A stretch of DNA of 64,000 bases from Penicillus capitatus (GCA_965649825.1 OZ287709.1:469080-533079), one strand, 5' to 3'. Shown: positions 25,220 through 36,644, counted from the stretch's first letter. Translations and numbers: made by a program. Notes: generated by a model not told the origin, from the sequence alone.

Positions 25220-26750
25220 TCAAACGGGGATGTTGAATTCGAGTAATGCATCGAGTCCCCATCGTGTTACTAAAAGATGGTACATAAAGTTCTTTCCCCA
25301 TCCTTCTTTCTCTTGAATGGCTAGGAGTCTCGATCGATGAAGCTCGATACGTTCTTTCGTTGGATCTGCCAGAAACCGACCTAGTTCATGAAAAGAGGCA
25401 ACATCTCGCACATGGCGTCTCTTGTGAAACACCCAAGTTGGAAACCGCGTCTCGTGCCAATCGTACCCTAACTCGCCAGCCAGACCAACAAAGTAGCATC
25501 TCCATTTTCCAGAATGTGCATCGGCGTTAGTGAACGACCATGTTTCATCGAAGATCGCCTAAAATTGCCCGTGGACGGCACAGCATTGAAGGTGCACTTC
25601 TTTACTTGAGGTTCGCTGTATTCCATAACGACCTGTTCGTCATGCTCGCCCACGCGTAGAATGCTCACGTAGAGATGTGACGTTCCATTGCTATTGGCCC
25701 GAATGGACACCCAAAGAGGCCGGACGGCAAGTCTGCAGTTGTCTTTCACGACCTCCACACGCACAGAGTCGTTGTTCTGAATCCATCGGCGTCCCAATGT
25801 CTCGAGCTCTTCGGCGTCGAGGTTTGGGAAGTCTTCGTCGCGAAAGTGCAGTACTTTGGCACGATCTTTGGCGTTTTGGATGGCATAGTACCATGAAGAG
25901 GGAACGATCGAAAACGCAGAATTCGCAACAAAACGGCGCTGGGAAGAAAAGCGATGGGCGAAATGCCACGCCCTTCGACCAAAGACGTGACGCATTCGTG
26001 TGGTGTAGAGGCCGCGTTGGATGTGTCCTGCCAACACGATCATGACGCGACCTATTCTGAAGGCGCTGGGAACGAATTGGAGGTAGCGATGGTTGATTCT
26101 TTTGCCGACTGAGAGCCAAAGGCGCTTTTGTTTTGCACAGACATTTTGAAAGTACCTTTTGCAGACTTTTATTCGAAAAACATCATTTCGGTTATGGTTT
26201 GGTGTGAAGATCCTTCTAAATCTTAAAAAATCAAACAACGTTGCATCTCCATTTTGAAGTTCTGTCGAATTGTATTTTCGGATCTGTTGTCGTGGAGTCC
26301 AGACAGAAGCAATTCGCGCCTGTCTGTAAAATGGTGTACTTCGCGATAAACCATGCAGTTCGTTGCTTTGATACTTGAATTGTTCTAATAACAACCATTA
26401 TTCGATGATCCATGGACCACTGCGACGCGACATGTTGGTTACTTCATTCTCCACGCTGCACGTGCAGCAGGATTTGGGAGAAGGTCCGTCAAGGCAACGA
26501 CAAACACTGATGGATTACAAACGAGGCAGAGTTACTACAGAAAACGTGTTTAAGTATCCAGATGTTGATGTGACCCAGAAGGGGACAGCTGTCCAAAGAG
26601 TACAACAGCGATCTAGCAGCTGTCCCTTGACAAGGTGAACATCGAATTTAATCAATTCTCTCACTCCTTTAGTATGTGTGACCCTCACAATCCAGGTGTG
26701 TTTTGTTATGCGAACACATAGTCTGGAAGGGCGGATGCAAAAGACCATGT
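25220..26750 (-). CDS. Hypothetical protein (multi-exon, family unknown)
   Basis: 308-codon ORF 25468-26394 plus a plausible last exon 25220-25460 (HVRDVASFHELGRFL...LLEFNIPV*) and upstream segments. Confidence 0.45.
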
Positions 26751-27029
26751 CTTTGAGGTCAAAATGCGCGAGATTTCGAATCTTTCGTTAGCGGCGGGGA
26801 CATAGACAAGGTTCTGAAGGTGGTGGATGTTTCTGTATCTCGGGCTGAGTACGCATGGATATTTATCCTGACGTTCTTGACCTTCAAAGAAACTGTAGGT
26901 CGGCTTTGCGGAATTGTGTGATTAACTGGGCATCGGTGTGATTCTACACTGAAGCTCTACTGTCCGGGACAACTCTTCCTGGAAACAAAGAGAGTTAACT
27001 GTTATGAATCCGTCTTCATTATCTTGGCC

Positions 27030-27186
27030 ACAACGTTTGTCGTTTCGCTGCCCACGAACAACGTTTGTCGTTTCGCTGCCCACGAACAACGTTTGTCGTT
27101 TCGCTGCCCACGAACAACGTTTGTCGTTTCGCTGCCCACGAACAACGTTTGTCGTTTCGCTGCCCACGAACAACGTTTGTCGTTTC
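27030..27186. repeat. Perfect 28-bp minisatellite, 5 full copies plus 17 nt
   Basis: Unit ACAACGTTTGTCGTTTCGCTGCCCACGA repeated head-to-tail without spacers. Confidence 0.97.
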
Positions 27187-27208
27187 TCTCTCGACCAACC
27201 GCCACAGC

Positions 27209-27841
27209 ATGTCTTCACGCACCCCATACGATAGAGCATCGAAGAGAAGAGCCATCGAACGAATTCGCACCATGGCCACAGGTCAAGTAAGCACAACCTC
27301 TAAAACTGCCACTATAACCCTAGCAATTACCTGTCTTGTCTTAGGAAACCCCAATGCCGCCTCCAGAGCAGCACCAGCCTCAAGCAGACGTCGAGTAGGA
27401 CACGGAACCATCTGCCAACGACATCCAGCCAGGGGAGGAAATGGAGGTGGACCAGGCGCACAGAGTCTGGCTGCAGAATCTTCTGGTGAGCTCGGACCCG
27501 GTGGACCTTCTTTGTCAACTCGACCACTACGAGTTGGAAAGAATCCTCGGCAAACCCATGCAGAGACTCGAGCAGGGTATGAAAACTCTGTTGTTATATT
27601 AAGAACGACATTTGTTTCTTTTGGAGTGATCACCGAAGACGATCAACTGACCGGCGAAGCATACGTTGACTTTGAGAGTGTCGAAATCGCCGCAACCGCT
27701 GCCGACTTGGCACTCGAGCTCAACGGTGCAAAAATCAATGGCCAACCAATCACGATCTGTCGATCAATTACAGAAGTCCAAACATTAAATAGATACTCAC
27801 ACTACTCTCAAACCAATCTTTCTTCCTTCAATTTGCGATAG
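27209..27841 (+). CDS. Single-RRM protein gene, possibly with a premature stop or downstream start
   Basis: RNP2-like HRVWLQNLL joins RNP1-like TGEAYVDF via a 50-nt GTATGA..GAG intron (~27577-27626), then LALELNGAKINGQPITI. An in-frame TAG at 27396 precedes ATG 27441 if the GTAAGC intron after exon 1 is used. Confidence 0.55.
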   Translation: MSSRTPYDRASKRRAIERIRTMATGQVSTTSKTATITLAITCLVLGNPNAASRAAPASSRRRVGHGTICQRHPARGGNGGGPGAQSLAAESSGELGPGGPSLSTRPLRVGKNPRQTHAETRAGYENSVVILRTTFVSFGVITEDDQLTGEAYVDFESVEIAATAADLALELNGAKINGQPITICRSITEVQTLNRYSHYSQTNLSSFNLR

Positions 27842-27876
27842 CACGAATTAAAGGATGAAAGATTGGCTTGAGAGTA
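27803..27876. repeat. Imperfect inverted repeat (31-bp arms) forming a long hairpin
   Basis: TACTCTCAAACCAATCTTTCTTCCTTCAATT ... AATTAAAGGATGAAAGATTGGCTTGAGAGTA; 3 mismatches, two of which become G-U pairs on the minus strand. Confidence 0.9.
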
Positions 27877-29121
27877 AGGATTTAGCCCTCGGTCTGAAAA
27901 CGTTGAAGAGGAACTACGTTTTATTTTCGTACCATTCGACCATGCGGTAAAAATCGACAGACCAAAACACAAAACGGTTGCATGAAAGGACACGCTTTCA
28001 TAGAATTTCACTCATCATACGAGAAAGCTTAAAGCATAGCGATTATTGCCTCTCCTTTAGCTTTGCTTTTAGGAATCCGTTTACTCTTTTGGACGATGAC
28101 GAAGAAAGAATGGAGACTAAGAATCTAAAACGCGAATGAGCCTGGGACATGATGAAGGCCCTAGTTCTTTGAGACGATTGTAAAACTCCGAAAGATTTGG
28201 ACCCAGAACAATGAAGAATGCTTTTAAGATGTTACCGTTAGCTGAAGATTCATCGCTAAGTACGGAAGCGCGTAAAAACGTCGTTTACTGCCACGTGATC
28301 AATGTGAACGCAATTACAACAATGTCATCAACAGTGTGGCGCTCCTGGCCACATTCGCGCAGCTGACAAAGAAAAGGTTTAGATGACGTTCAAAAGTCTT
28401 CATTGACTCTTTAAGACACCAAAGATATTGATTGCATAGCGCTGCACAATGCTTCTGGTATGTCATCAATAACAAGAGACGGATATGCTGACTGCGTCAG
28501 TTTTGAAGGCAGAACGAGCAAAATAGTGTTTCTAAACGATATGCTTCTAAATGTCAAAGGCACATCCTGGTGATCAAAATCTACTTGCCGATTGCCTAGT
28601 ATCAACTGCAAGGAAGATATGAGCCAGAACGAAGCCTAGAATTCGACAGAAAGGACTTGTTTTGATGAAGAGGCGTTACGGTTTTTCTGCATCCGTTCTT
28701 AATACCAATCATTCGTGGTCACAGAATTTAGTTATGGTAAAGTCAAAACTGCATGTGACCTAAGAAATTGCAGCGCAGATGATTCGGCTTCGTGTATGAT
28801 GAGAACTCGACATGAAAAAATATATTGAGTGAACATGTTTGCACAGAATTCGAATACAAAATCAAAGCACATAATAGTCCACTAAACTTTGGCGGACCAA
28901 TGAAAAGATTGTCGATGCGCATAGATCTTTGCAATAAACAATCTCTCGACCAAACGGATCATTCGTAGCATTACAATCGTTTGCCAATACAATTTTACAA
29001 ATTTTGTCGAGACGGCATTCACAACGAGATACAGATATTTTCAGTTCAACAAACAACAGTTCCGCAATACGTAGGACTTACGCATTTCAGGAAAACTGGA
29101 TATTGTTGATGTGACGTCTCT

Positions 29122-29857
29122 ATGATTGAGAAGATCGCATTGGTTTCTCCCTGCCTTTTGCCAAAGACGGCACAGAGGATATCGAAACGTCTTCAGTGCC
29201 ACGCTGCAGACCATGCGCAAGGTAATGGAGGGGTCGGCGACGGGCGAGAAGTTTGGATGAAGTGACGGACAAGGATAGAAGGTACATGAAACGGGCATTG
29301 GATCTGGCATCGAAAGGCTCTGGCAAAACATATCCCAATCCAGCCGTTGGGTGTGTCATTGTGAAGAACGGTCATGTACACCTTATCTGTCAGCGCATCA
29401 GTCACACCAAAAAGATATGTGATGTCGTAGGTTGTTGGAGAGGGATTTCATCCACAATCCGGCAAGCCTCATGCCGAAATCTATGCTCTACGAGCAGCAG
29501 GTAGTCCTTTTATATCTTGTAGTCTTACATCTGTACATGACAGTCCTGTAGGTCAAGATGTGGAAGGCTCGACGGCCTATGTCACATTAGAGCCCTGCAA
29601 TCATTACGGAAAAACACCTCCTTGCAGTCGAGCACTTGTTGAAGCCCGAGTGTCAAAGGCATGGAATCCAATTGAGTATGCATCCATCAAGATGTGTCCT
29701 GCAGGTCGTGGTAGGAATTGTGGACCCCAATCCATTGGTAGGAGGCAAAGGAATTGCCACACTGGAAACGGCAGGTGTGCATGTCGTAGCAGGCTGTCTT
29801 CAAGAAGCTTGCTATGCGATCAATCGAGAATTTATCGAAAGAATCTCCCGTCGATAA
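29122..29857 (+). CDS. ribD: Riboflavin biosynthesis pyrimidine deaminase (RibD deaminase domain only)
   Basis: [62 protein letters not shown]; ends TAA at 29857. The transit-like first exon from ATG 29122 is inferred. Confidence 0.93.
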
Positions 29858-29901
29858 ATGGTATACGTCATGCTTGTCTCTTATTGTCCGATTAGAATGG
29901 T

Positions 29902-32529
29902 CTACTCAAGTGAGATCTGTAATGCTTTCCTTTTTTTCCGTCTCTCTAAAACTTGTGAGTATCCCAATTTTTGTTCGATTCCTTGGATCCTGAGTCGTTC
30001 TCCCTGTTGGGGGTCTCTCAAAATCGACAGGCAGAAGTCCAGATCTTCTTGTTGAATCAGCTTGAACATAAACAGGGCATGAAGATGCTTGATATAGTGC
30101 CTCTGGTGCTGGATATCTTGAAGTGCCTCCCGTTCTTTCCATGCAAAAAGCTTACAAGCCATGGGAACCTTGTAATCTGCATATGGCCACACATGACTTT
30201 TTATGAATTGATCCCAGAGAAACATGAAGTCGATTTGAGTCTTAGATACGGCTGGAAGTGTTGCCAGCTGCCGTCGGGTCTTAACCTGTACAGTATGGCA
30301 TAATATGATGGGAAGCTGAAAGAGATGCATCAACGTACTTCCCAAGCCTCGCAACTGCAGTCATCATCGGTGTCAATGCCGTCGTGAACCTCAGTCTCGG
30401 TCATACGTATGGCTGTCTTTGAGTGGTAGAATCTCCAGATTTGCTGTGAGAGATACTGATTCTGTGCACGAGTATTGCTTTGCTTCGACAGAGATGCACG
30501 ACGGCTTGTGCCCTAAGGACACAAAGCCTGAAGATCTCGAAGACCAGAGATATCGCAATTAGGTGACAGTTACAGATGTCCAGAGAACACATGCAAAAAC
30601 CAAGTGAAAAAAGTCAAGACAGTCGTTTGGCACGCGGCATTGCCTTGGGAGTAGCTTTTCTGGAGGAAGACCTTGGTTGCCTCTTGGACTCCTGATGCAC
30701 ATGTGATGATGAGAATGACAGGGGTAGGCACACCTGGGGTGATGTGTCAGCATCTTCCAACAGCGTGTCGAGTTGCAATGAAAACGTGTTGGATCTGCGC
30801 CTCTTCGGCACAGGCTTTGCCCGCAGAAATGCCGCTCTGTTCATGTAAAGTCCCTGTGCATCACTGTGATGAGATAACCGACAACTGGCTGAAGTTTCTT
30901 GCTTTCTTCAACGAGAAAATAAGCTCTCTCGTGGTGGGACAAAAAATCTCTCCTCTTTCATCGAACACTTCCATTCTTCGACGCACCCAAATGACTGTAA
31001 GTGTCCCGGTTTCAAGCTCATAAGTAAAGATGTCGTGACTCGCAGCAAGATGGTATCGTAGACCAAGAAGATCTCGGCATTTCATGGGGCAAAAGGCACA
31101 TCCATAGTCATGCGTTCTTTGCTCCACACACTGGAGCTGAACAGTACCGTAGATAAAACGAAAGGCAACTTCGCCTTCTGTAGAAGTTAAAGAGTCTGGA
31201 CGACTCTTCGTCTGCATCTCCAACTGTCCATCCATGAATGCAGTGTACGGATCGATGAGGTAGAATTCTCTGTCTTACTTGATTCGTTGGTAATTTTGTA
31301 ACAGCACGGAAACTAAAAATGTGAGGAGGAGATGCCGCGTTCTCGGAAAACAGATGTGCATTTCTTTCAATACTAAGCATCTTTGTTTGGCGTTGCTCGC
31401 AGCCATCCCAAGTACTCTTCTCTCCCAGCATCACACATCCGTTCTTCCAATGACTTACACGAACCTAAAAGAATGTGGCATGGTACAGCTGATGGATATC
31501 TAAGATTGGCACTTTAGCAGAGGTGCTTGTCACGGTATGAGCACACCACCACACAAATTCGCCAACAGGAACACAGCCAAAGCACATCTTCTTTGTCAAA
31601 CCTACACATACGTCAATTCAATCTTTTCAGATTACCGAATGGAATCAAGAGAAAGAAACCATTTGTCAAAGACTGCGTTCGTTTGCTGTTAAGGAGAGAC
31701 AGATCGTGGTGACTCCCTGAAATCCACGATGCACAAGGCCACTTTTCATATACAATCAACAGTAAAGTACCACGGACTAGCATGAGAAGCGTGAGCGGAT
31801 GGTCTTTGATGCTGAAATGCACAGTGACGCTATCGTGCCCTCTCAAATGCACACATTTTACAGCTAATGGGAAGAACTCCTTCACACACCATCCCTCTGC
31901 CATGAGGCTGATAGCCAGAGGAAAATGCCCTTACGTGATCCGAGAGTCTTTCACAGACGGCTACAATGACACTCAATCTGGGAGGCTTGTTTTGTGTCGG
32001 ACTCGCCGTCCTCGTCAAATCGTGGAATTCCACTTCAAGAGATCCAAATCCTTGCCTGACAGCGCCTCGGAGCGAGAAAGGCACGAAACCGAACTTACGT
32101 ATTCGTTTCCTGTTGCTTTTTGCGACGGTAGGAGAGACAGCGGCGCAGAAGATATCTCTATGGACAGAAACAATAGCTAAGGGACAGTCTCTGCTAAGCA
32201 GCATCACTTACGTTCTGGTGATAGCGCGTTTCGATAACGTTATAAAACGCTGCCGGCTTTATCCAGACCCATAGCGTCTCTGATTCTGCCTCATTCGATG
32301 TATCTCTGCTGGCAATATTCGACGCGCTATCTTCCATCGATACAGACCGTCGCATCGATCCTCGCTGGATGTTAAGTCGCATCGTCTCTGAGGAAGAATA
32401 CGGTCCGATCAAGATCTCGACGCTTTTCAACTTCAAGGCATCGCGGCAGAGCTCTCCTTTCGGCTCTATACACACTCTGTCCTCCTCTTCAAGTGTATGT
32501 TCGTGCGTTTTTTTTTCGGTGTCAGACAT
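29902..32529 (-). CDS. Polycomb PRC2 subunit Su(z)12 / EMF2-VRN2-FIS2-like VEFS-box protein
   Basis: N-terminal LWVWIKPAAFYNVIETR..RYLLRRCLSY (cf. EMF2 YCKPVELYNILQRR...FLQRCL), C2H2 finger CAFCPMKCRDLLGLRYHLAASHDIF, VEFS box RFYHSKTAIRM...DTDDD...DFMFLWDQFIK...VPMACKLF. Confidence 0.85.
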
Positions 32530-32703
32530 GTGGACGCCAACCAGCTGTGGCTATCTCTTGGCCCGTGCTTGTCAAGATAACTCGTTTACGAGGCCACTTG
32601 TTGTTTTCTGAGGCATTACAGTCAGTGAACTCCTCTTTTACCGGCGCAATCTTAAAGCAGAACGCATAACCTTGCATTTACCTTGCACAAACTGTATGGG
32701 ATG

Positions 32704-33527
32704 AGCCTTCTTACCTGTGGCCTGGATGCTCTTCAACAGATTATTCGTTGCCAGCGTTGCTCCGTACAGGTCATGGGTTTGCTAATCCCCTCGTTCAAAC
32801 TGAAGCAAGAAATTACGCGGATCCGACATCCATCCAGACTTGCGGTGGGCATTCAAGAACGCTTATATACTTGGACGCTAGCTGGCAACAGCTTCTTCTG
32901 GGCGACAGAAAGTTGGGCCCCAGGTCGGAGCCTAATACAAGCAGCAAACTTGAAGCCAGGAACAGTGGCTCACGACCGGCTAGGCGTCTGCAGCAAGAAA
33001 TTCCACCGGACCTACGCTGGACTCGATGCTCAATCTCGAGCTTTTTGGATAAATTAGCTCACGCAGATATCTGTCAGCGGGATCAGAGCCAGCACCTGAC
33101 GCAGTGGTTTTCGAGCTTCCGGCGTGGACAGTTCCCTGGAAGGAATTTGAATCGATCTGAAGCCTCTCGTCTAAACCAGTTCGCCGCGAATCACTGCCCA
33201 TCAAAGGAGTACCTACACCGCTTTGGTGAACGAGTTCCGGACCAAATCTGCCTATGCGGAGCACCTATGGAAGACAGAGATCATCTGCTGCTGGAATGTC
33301 CGATCTTTTCGCGAGCCCGCCAACAACTAAACTTAATAGAACAACCGCTTTCGATCGCCTTGGTGTTCACACACCCTGAACTCTTGTCTGAATTTGTTGA
33401 ACAAATTGCCATGTACTGGAAGACTGAAGGCAGAATGTGGGGATAGTCCCTTTACACTGATAGCTTGTATTAGTCCCTCTCCCGATATACATTGTGCAAA
33501 AGGAGATGTAAAAGCCATCTAATCGTT
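32704..33527 (+). mobile_element. 5'-truncated non-LTR retrotransposon (3' end of ORF2) flanked by a 15-bp target-site duplication
   Basis: ORF 32748-33446 ends in the LINE ORF2 zinc-binding motif EYLHRFG...ICLCGAPMEDRDHLLLECP; intronless; identical AAACTGTATGGGATG at 32689-32703 and 33528-33542. Confidence 0.85.
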
Positions 33528-35212
33528 AAACTGTATGGGATGTTAAAAAGTTATTGGATCCCCGACTTTGTTGTTGGAACTAAAAGTTCTAATATTGTAA
33601 ATGTCGTTAGTAATTCAGATAAACACATACGCAACGATCGTGGAAAACCGCAGCTTTGTTCTGTTTAAAACATCTTCTTTTATTGTGGGAAACCTTTCGG
33701 ATGTAAGCAATGACTTCTCAATCATTAACAAACTCACCCTACGTTCTAAATGACTATCTTGCAAGCTAATCTAGGATACTCTTTTATAAATATAATCAGA
33801 ACGATCAAGTCCTGTCAAATATGATACCTAACCATATCCAAGCTCGATAAGATGCATGCCCTGTTTTTTGAGCAGTTTAGGGTCAACTTAGATGACGCCT
33901 TATTTCAACTGAGACATCTAAGTGTCTTACCTTTGAAATCTAAGCAGATAGCCTGGACGAGAATCATGTGTCGGTACCAGTTCATATCTATGACAACTAT
34001 TGTATAGAGCTTCATAGTGAATCAACAAGAATTTCTCTCCAGATCATTCATCTTCGGGCTTTCGCAACGTTTAATCGTAAATCATAAAGCAATTTTAACA
34101 CCGTCGTTGACTGGTGTCGTGTTCGTTGGCGCTGAAACGCTCTAACGACGAAGGCATACTGGTTATAAAGACTGTTGTAACAATTGACTGTTCGGACTTT
34201 ATACGCGTCCACTGTCACATCAACGCGTCTCCGTGGCAGCTGCACGAAGGTGGACAGCTGTTCACTGACACTGGCAACTTTCCATAATTCAATTTCTGCC
34301 TTGCGCCTGGCATTCTTTGTTCTGTTGAAATATATATACATCTTTCTACTCTTATAACCCCTGTCACTGTCACAGCATTTCCAATTATATTTCCGACGGT
34401 TGGACGACGTTCAGTGGTCTTTTGTCGGTTGTTTATTACCGGAATAGTTAAATGCATCTTACTCTTTCACTACCATCCAATTCATTACTCCATGCGTGCT
34501 TATAATAATGAAGCAATACTTTCTCATCCTTCACATGGTGCAAGCCTTTACTCTTTAATCAACGCTTTGTATGCTGCGTCTTGTTTTAATGATCCCTCTT
34601 GTCATAGACGCCAACACACTCTAATCCATCAAATTAAAAGCGAACAAGATATTCGCTGAGGAATTAATGTGATTTCCAACTAGTGAGACGACACACTGTC
34701 TATCTCATACTTGGTGTATAAATATATGATAACTGCATTAAGAACTGTGCTAGCCTCACGCTGTGTATCTTATTTAGATAGTACCCTTTCTTTTTGCGCA
34801 GCTCGTGGCGACGTCGAGCCTAAGGTCGATTTATGCTGTCGTCAGATCGTATAAAACGATAAGGAACCTGCACTGTTCTCGCACCAATAGAGATGCCGCA
34901 GCACACGAATTTAAAAATATATGAGCTTACTCACAAAGAAAAAAACTGCTTGCGACGCCGTCAACGCCGATCTCGACGCGCACACGATCACTGTCTGTCC
35001 TTATTCTTTGACAAATTCAGTCAATACCCTCGGCATCTTTCCCAAGTCGCTACTTTCCCATGGCCACAGAATTCATCGCTGTTCATCTCCGTTCCTAGTG
35101 CAACGCTTCCAGTCGCCAGTTCGACAGGCGGGGCGAGGTGACCGTTTGATATAATGCCGAGCGACTTCTTAATTGTCATTATTCCGGTTTTCAGCCAGCT
35201 TTCGGTCTCCTC

Positions 35213-36644
35213 ATGCCTCCGGGGCGGCTTGACATCACTGGTATCGAACGTCGAATGGTGGCAGCATTTGCATTGACCGTTTACGGTGCTCGTAGTTCTC
35301 GAAGCAAGTGGTTTGCATAACGCGCAGACCTTTGGTAAATCGTCACGCCGCCTCAATCCTCTCGAGTGCTTGTTTCGTTTACAGGTCGCCAAGATCCCTT
35401 TTTCGTAGCACAACTTGGTCAGCAGCATTTCACCTCGTCGGTCGCATCCGGTCGGATATTGAACGCAAGAGGTGGAGCGAGTTAACTACATCCTGTCCTT
35501 AGATGCGGGAAGAAATCCTCGTTGGAATGCTCGATTCTCCTTCAACGTTGTGAACGAGAACCGCCTCTACTTTAGAGTGCCTTCCTCATTGAATATTCCA
35601 TCCAACGAAGGCGACCCCCTGCCTTCAGATCGTAAATCGGAATGTCATCTCTTCGGACGACGAGTTGGGAACAGCAGAAGTCGATTTAACGACAGTACTA
35701 TCATCTGTGAAAAGGTGGCAATGCGTGTTAATGTCACTCACTTCTAGGTATTCTCTCAAGGAAAAGATGACAAAATCGTGCCAGTGACGACGCGTTCAAA
35801 CAAAACAAAAGGAACACTGTCTTTGATTCTCTCATTCACTCCCCACGGCCAAAGCGGCCCCTTGGTCTTCTCTCTCTGACTCTTCCATTCCTACATCTGT
35901 GTTTGTAGATGGGTGGGCAAGCTTCAAATCCTGGACAAAAAACAAAACCAGCAACTCCAGGATACGGCCTGCAACCAGGTAAGCACATTTTTTTTGAGAA
36001 AGACAGTGTGGATTGTCACGGTAAAGGCGTCGCACCGCAGCCTCAGCCATACCAAACCGTTCCTCCAGCTGGCCAATACCCATCCTCCTATGCTCAAGGA
36101 GGAATACCGAGTGATGACAGATGACCAAGAGATTGCTTTATTGATAGATATCTGTGTGACAAGGTGCACCACCCATGGCCCCGGCTGGTTATCCTCAGCA
36201 GACGCATCCTCCTGGTTATCTTCAGGGCCAGACCCCTCCGCCAGGATATCCGCCAGGACAGCAACAGTATCCGCCAGGACAGCAACAGTATCCGCCAGGA
36301 CAGCAACAGTATCCGCCAGGACAGCAACAGTATCCGACCTATCCTCCAGGGTCGCCGAACTATTCCCAACCAGTGGCATCGCCTGGAATGTATGGTTCGG
36401 CACCCAACTATCCAATGCCGCAAGGAGGACTACCCCCTTCTGGATATCCACAGCAACCACCACCATATCGACCAGGTAAAAGATCGATCGACGCTTCAAG
36501 TACCATTCCTCTGCTTTTGTAGGAATGGGCCAGTATGGAGGATACGCGCCGGCTGCGCCGGCTGGAATGTACTATGCGACGCACAAAGCAGGAAAACATA
36601 AGAAACATGGGAAGAAGGGCAAGAAAGGAAAGAAATGGTTCTGA
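35213..36644 (+). CDS. C2-domain protein with Pro/Gly/Tyr/Gln-rich tail and basic HGKK C-terminus (SRC2/GPRP-like)
   Basis: Spliced MPPGRLDITVLEASGLHNAQTFGRQDPFFVAQLG...DAGRNPRWNARFSFNVVNEN...SDDELGTAEVDL...KGTLSLILSF; then PPGYPPGQQQY repeats and GKHKKHGKKGKKGKKWF*. Confidence 0.8.
36250..36333 (+). repeat. Coding tandem repeat, 4 x 21 bp (PPGQQQY)
   Basis: CCGCCAGGACAGCAACAGTAT x4, identical at nucleotide level. Confidence 0.95.

Noticed and set aside
26582-26626. 10-bp inverted repeat GGGACAGCTG...CAGCTGTCCC
   Set aside because: Short, built on a palindromic CAGCTG core, and inside probable coding sequence; compatible with chance.
27030-27186. CRISPR array
   Set aside because: The 28-bp units are contiguous with no spacers, there are no cas genes, and the context is eukaryotic.
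33543-34900. AT-rich region as a second transposon or viral insert
   Set aside because: No TIRs, TSDs or recognisable protein motifs seen.
35021-35428. 135-aa Cys-containing minus-strand ORF
   Set aside because: Overlaps the first exons of the well-supported plus-strand C2 gene.
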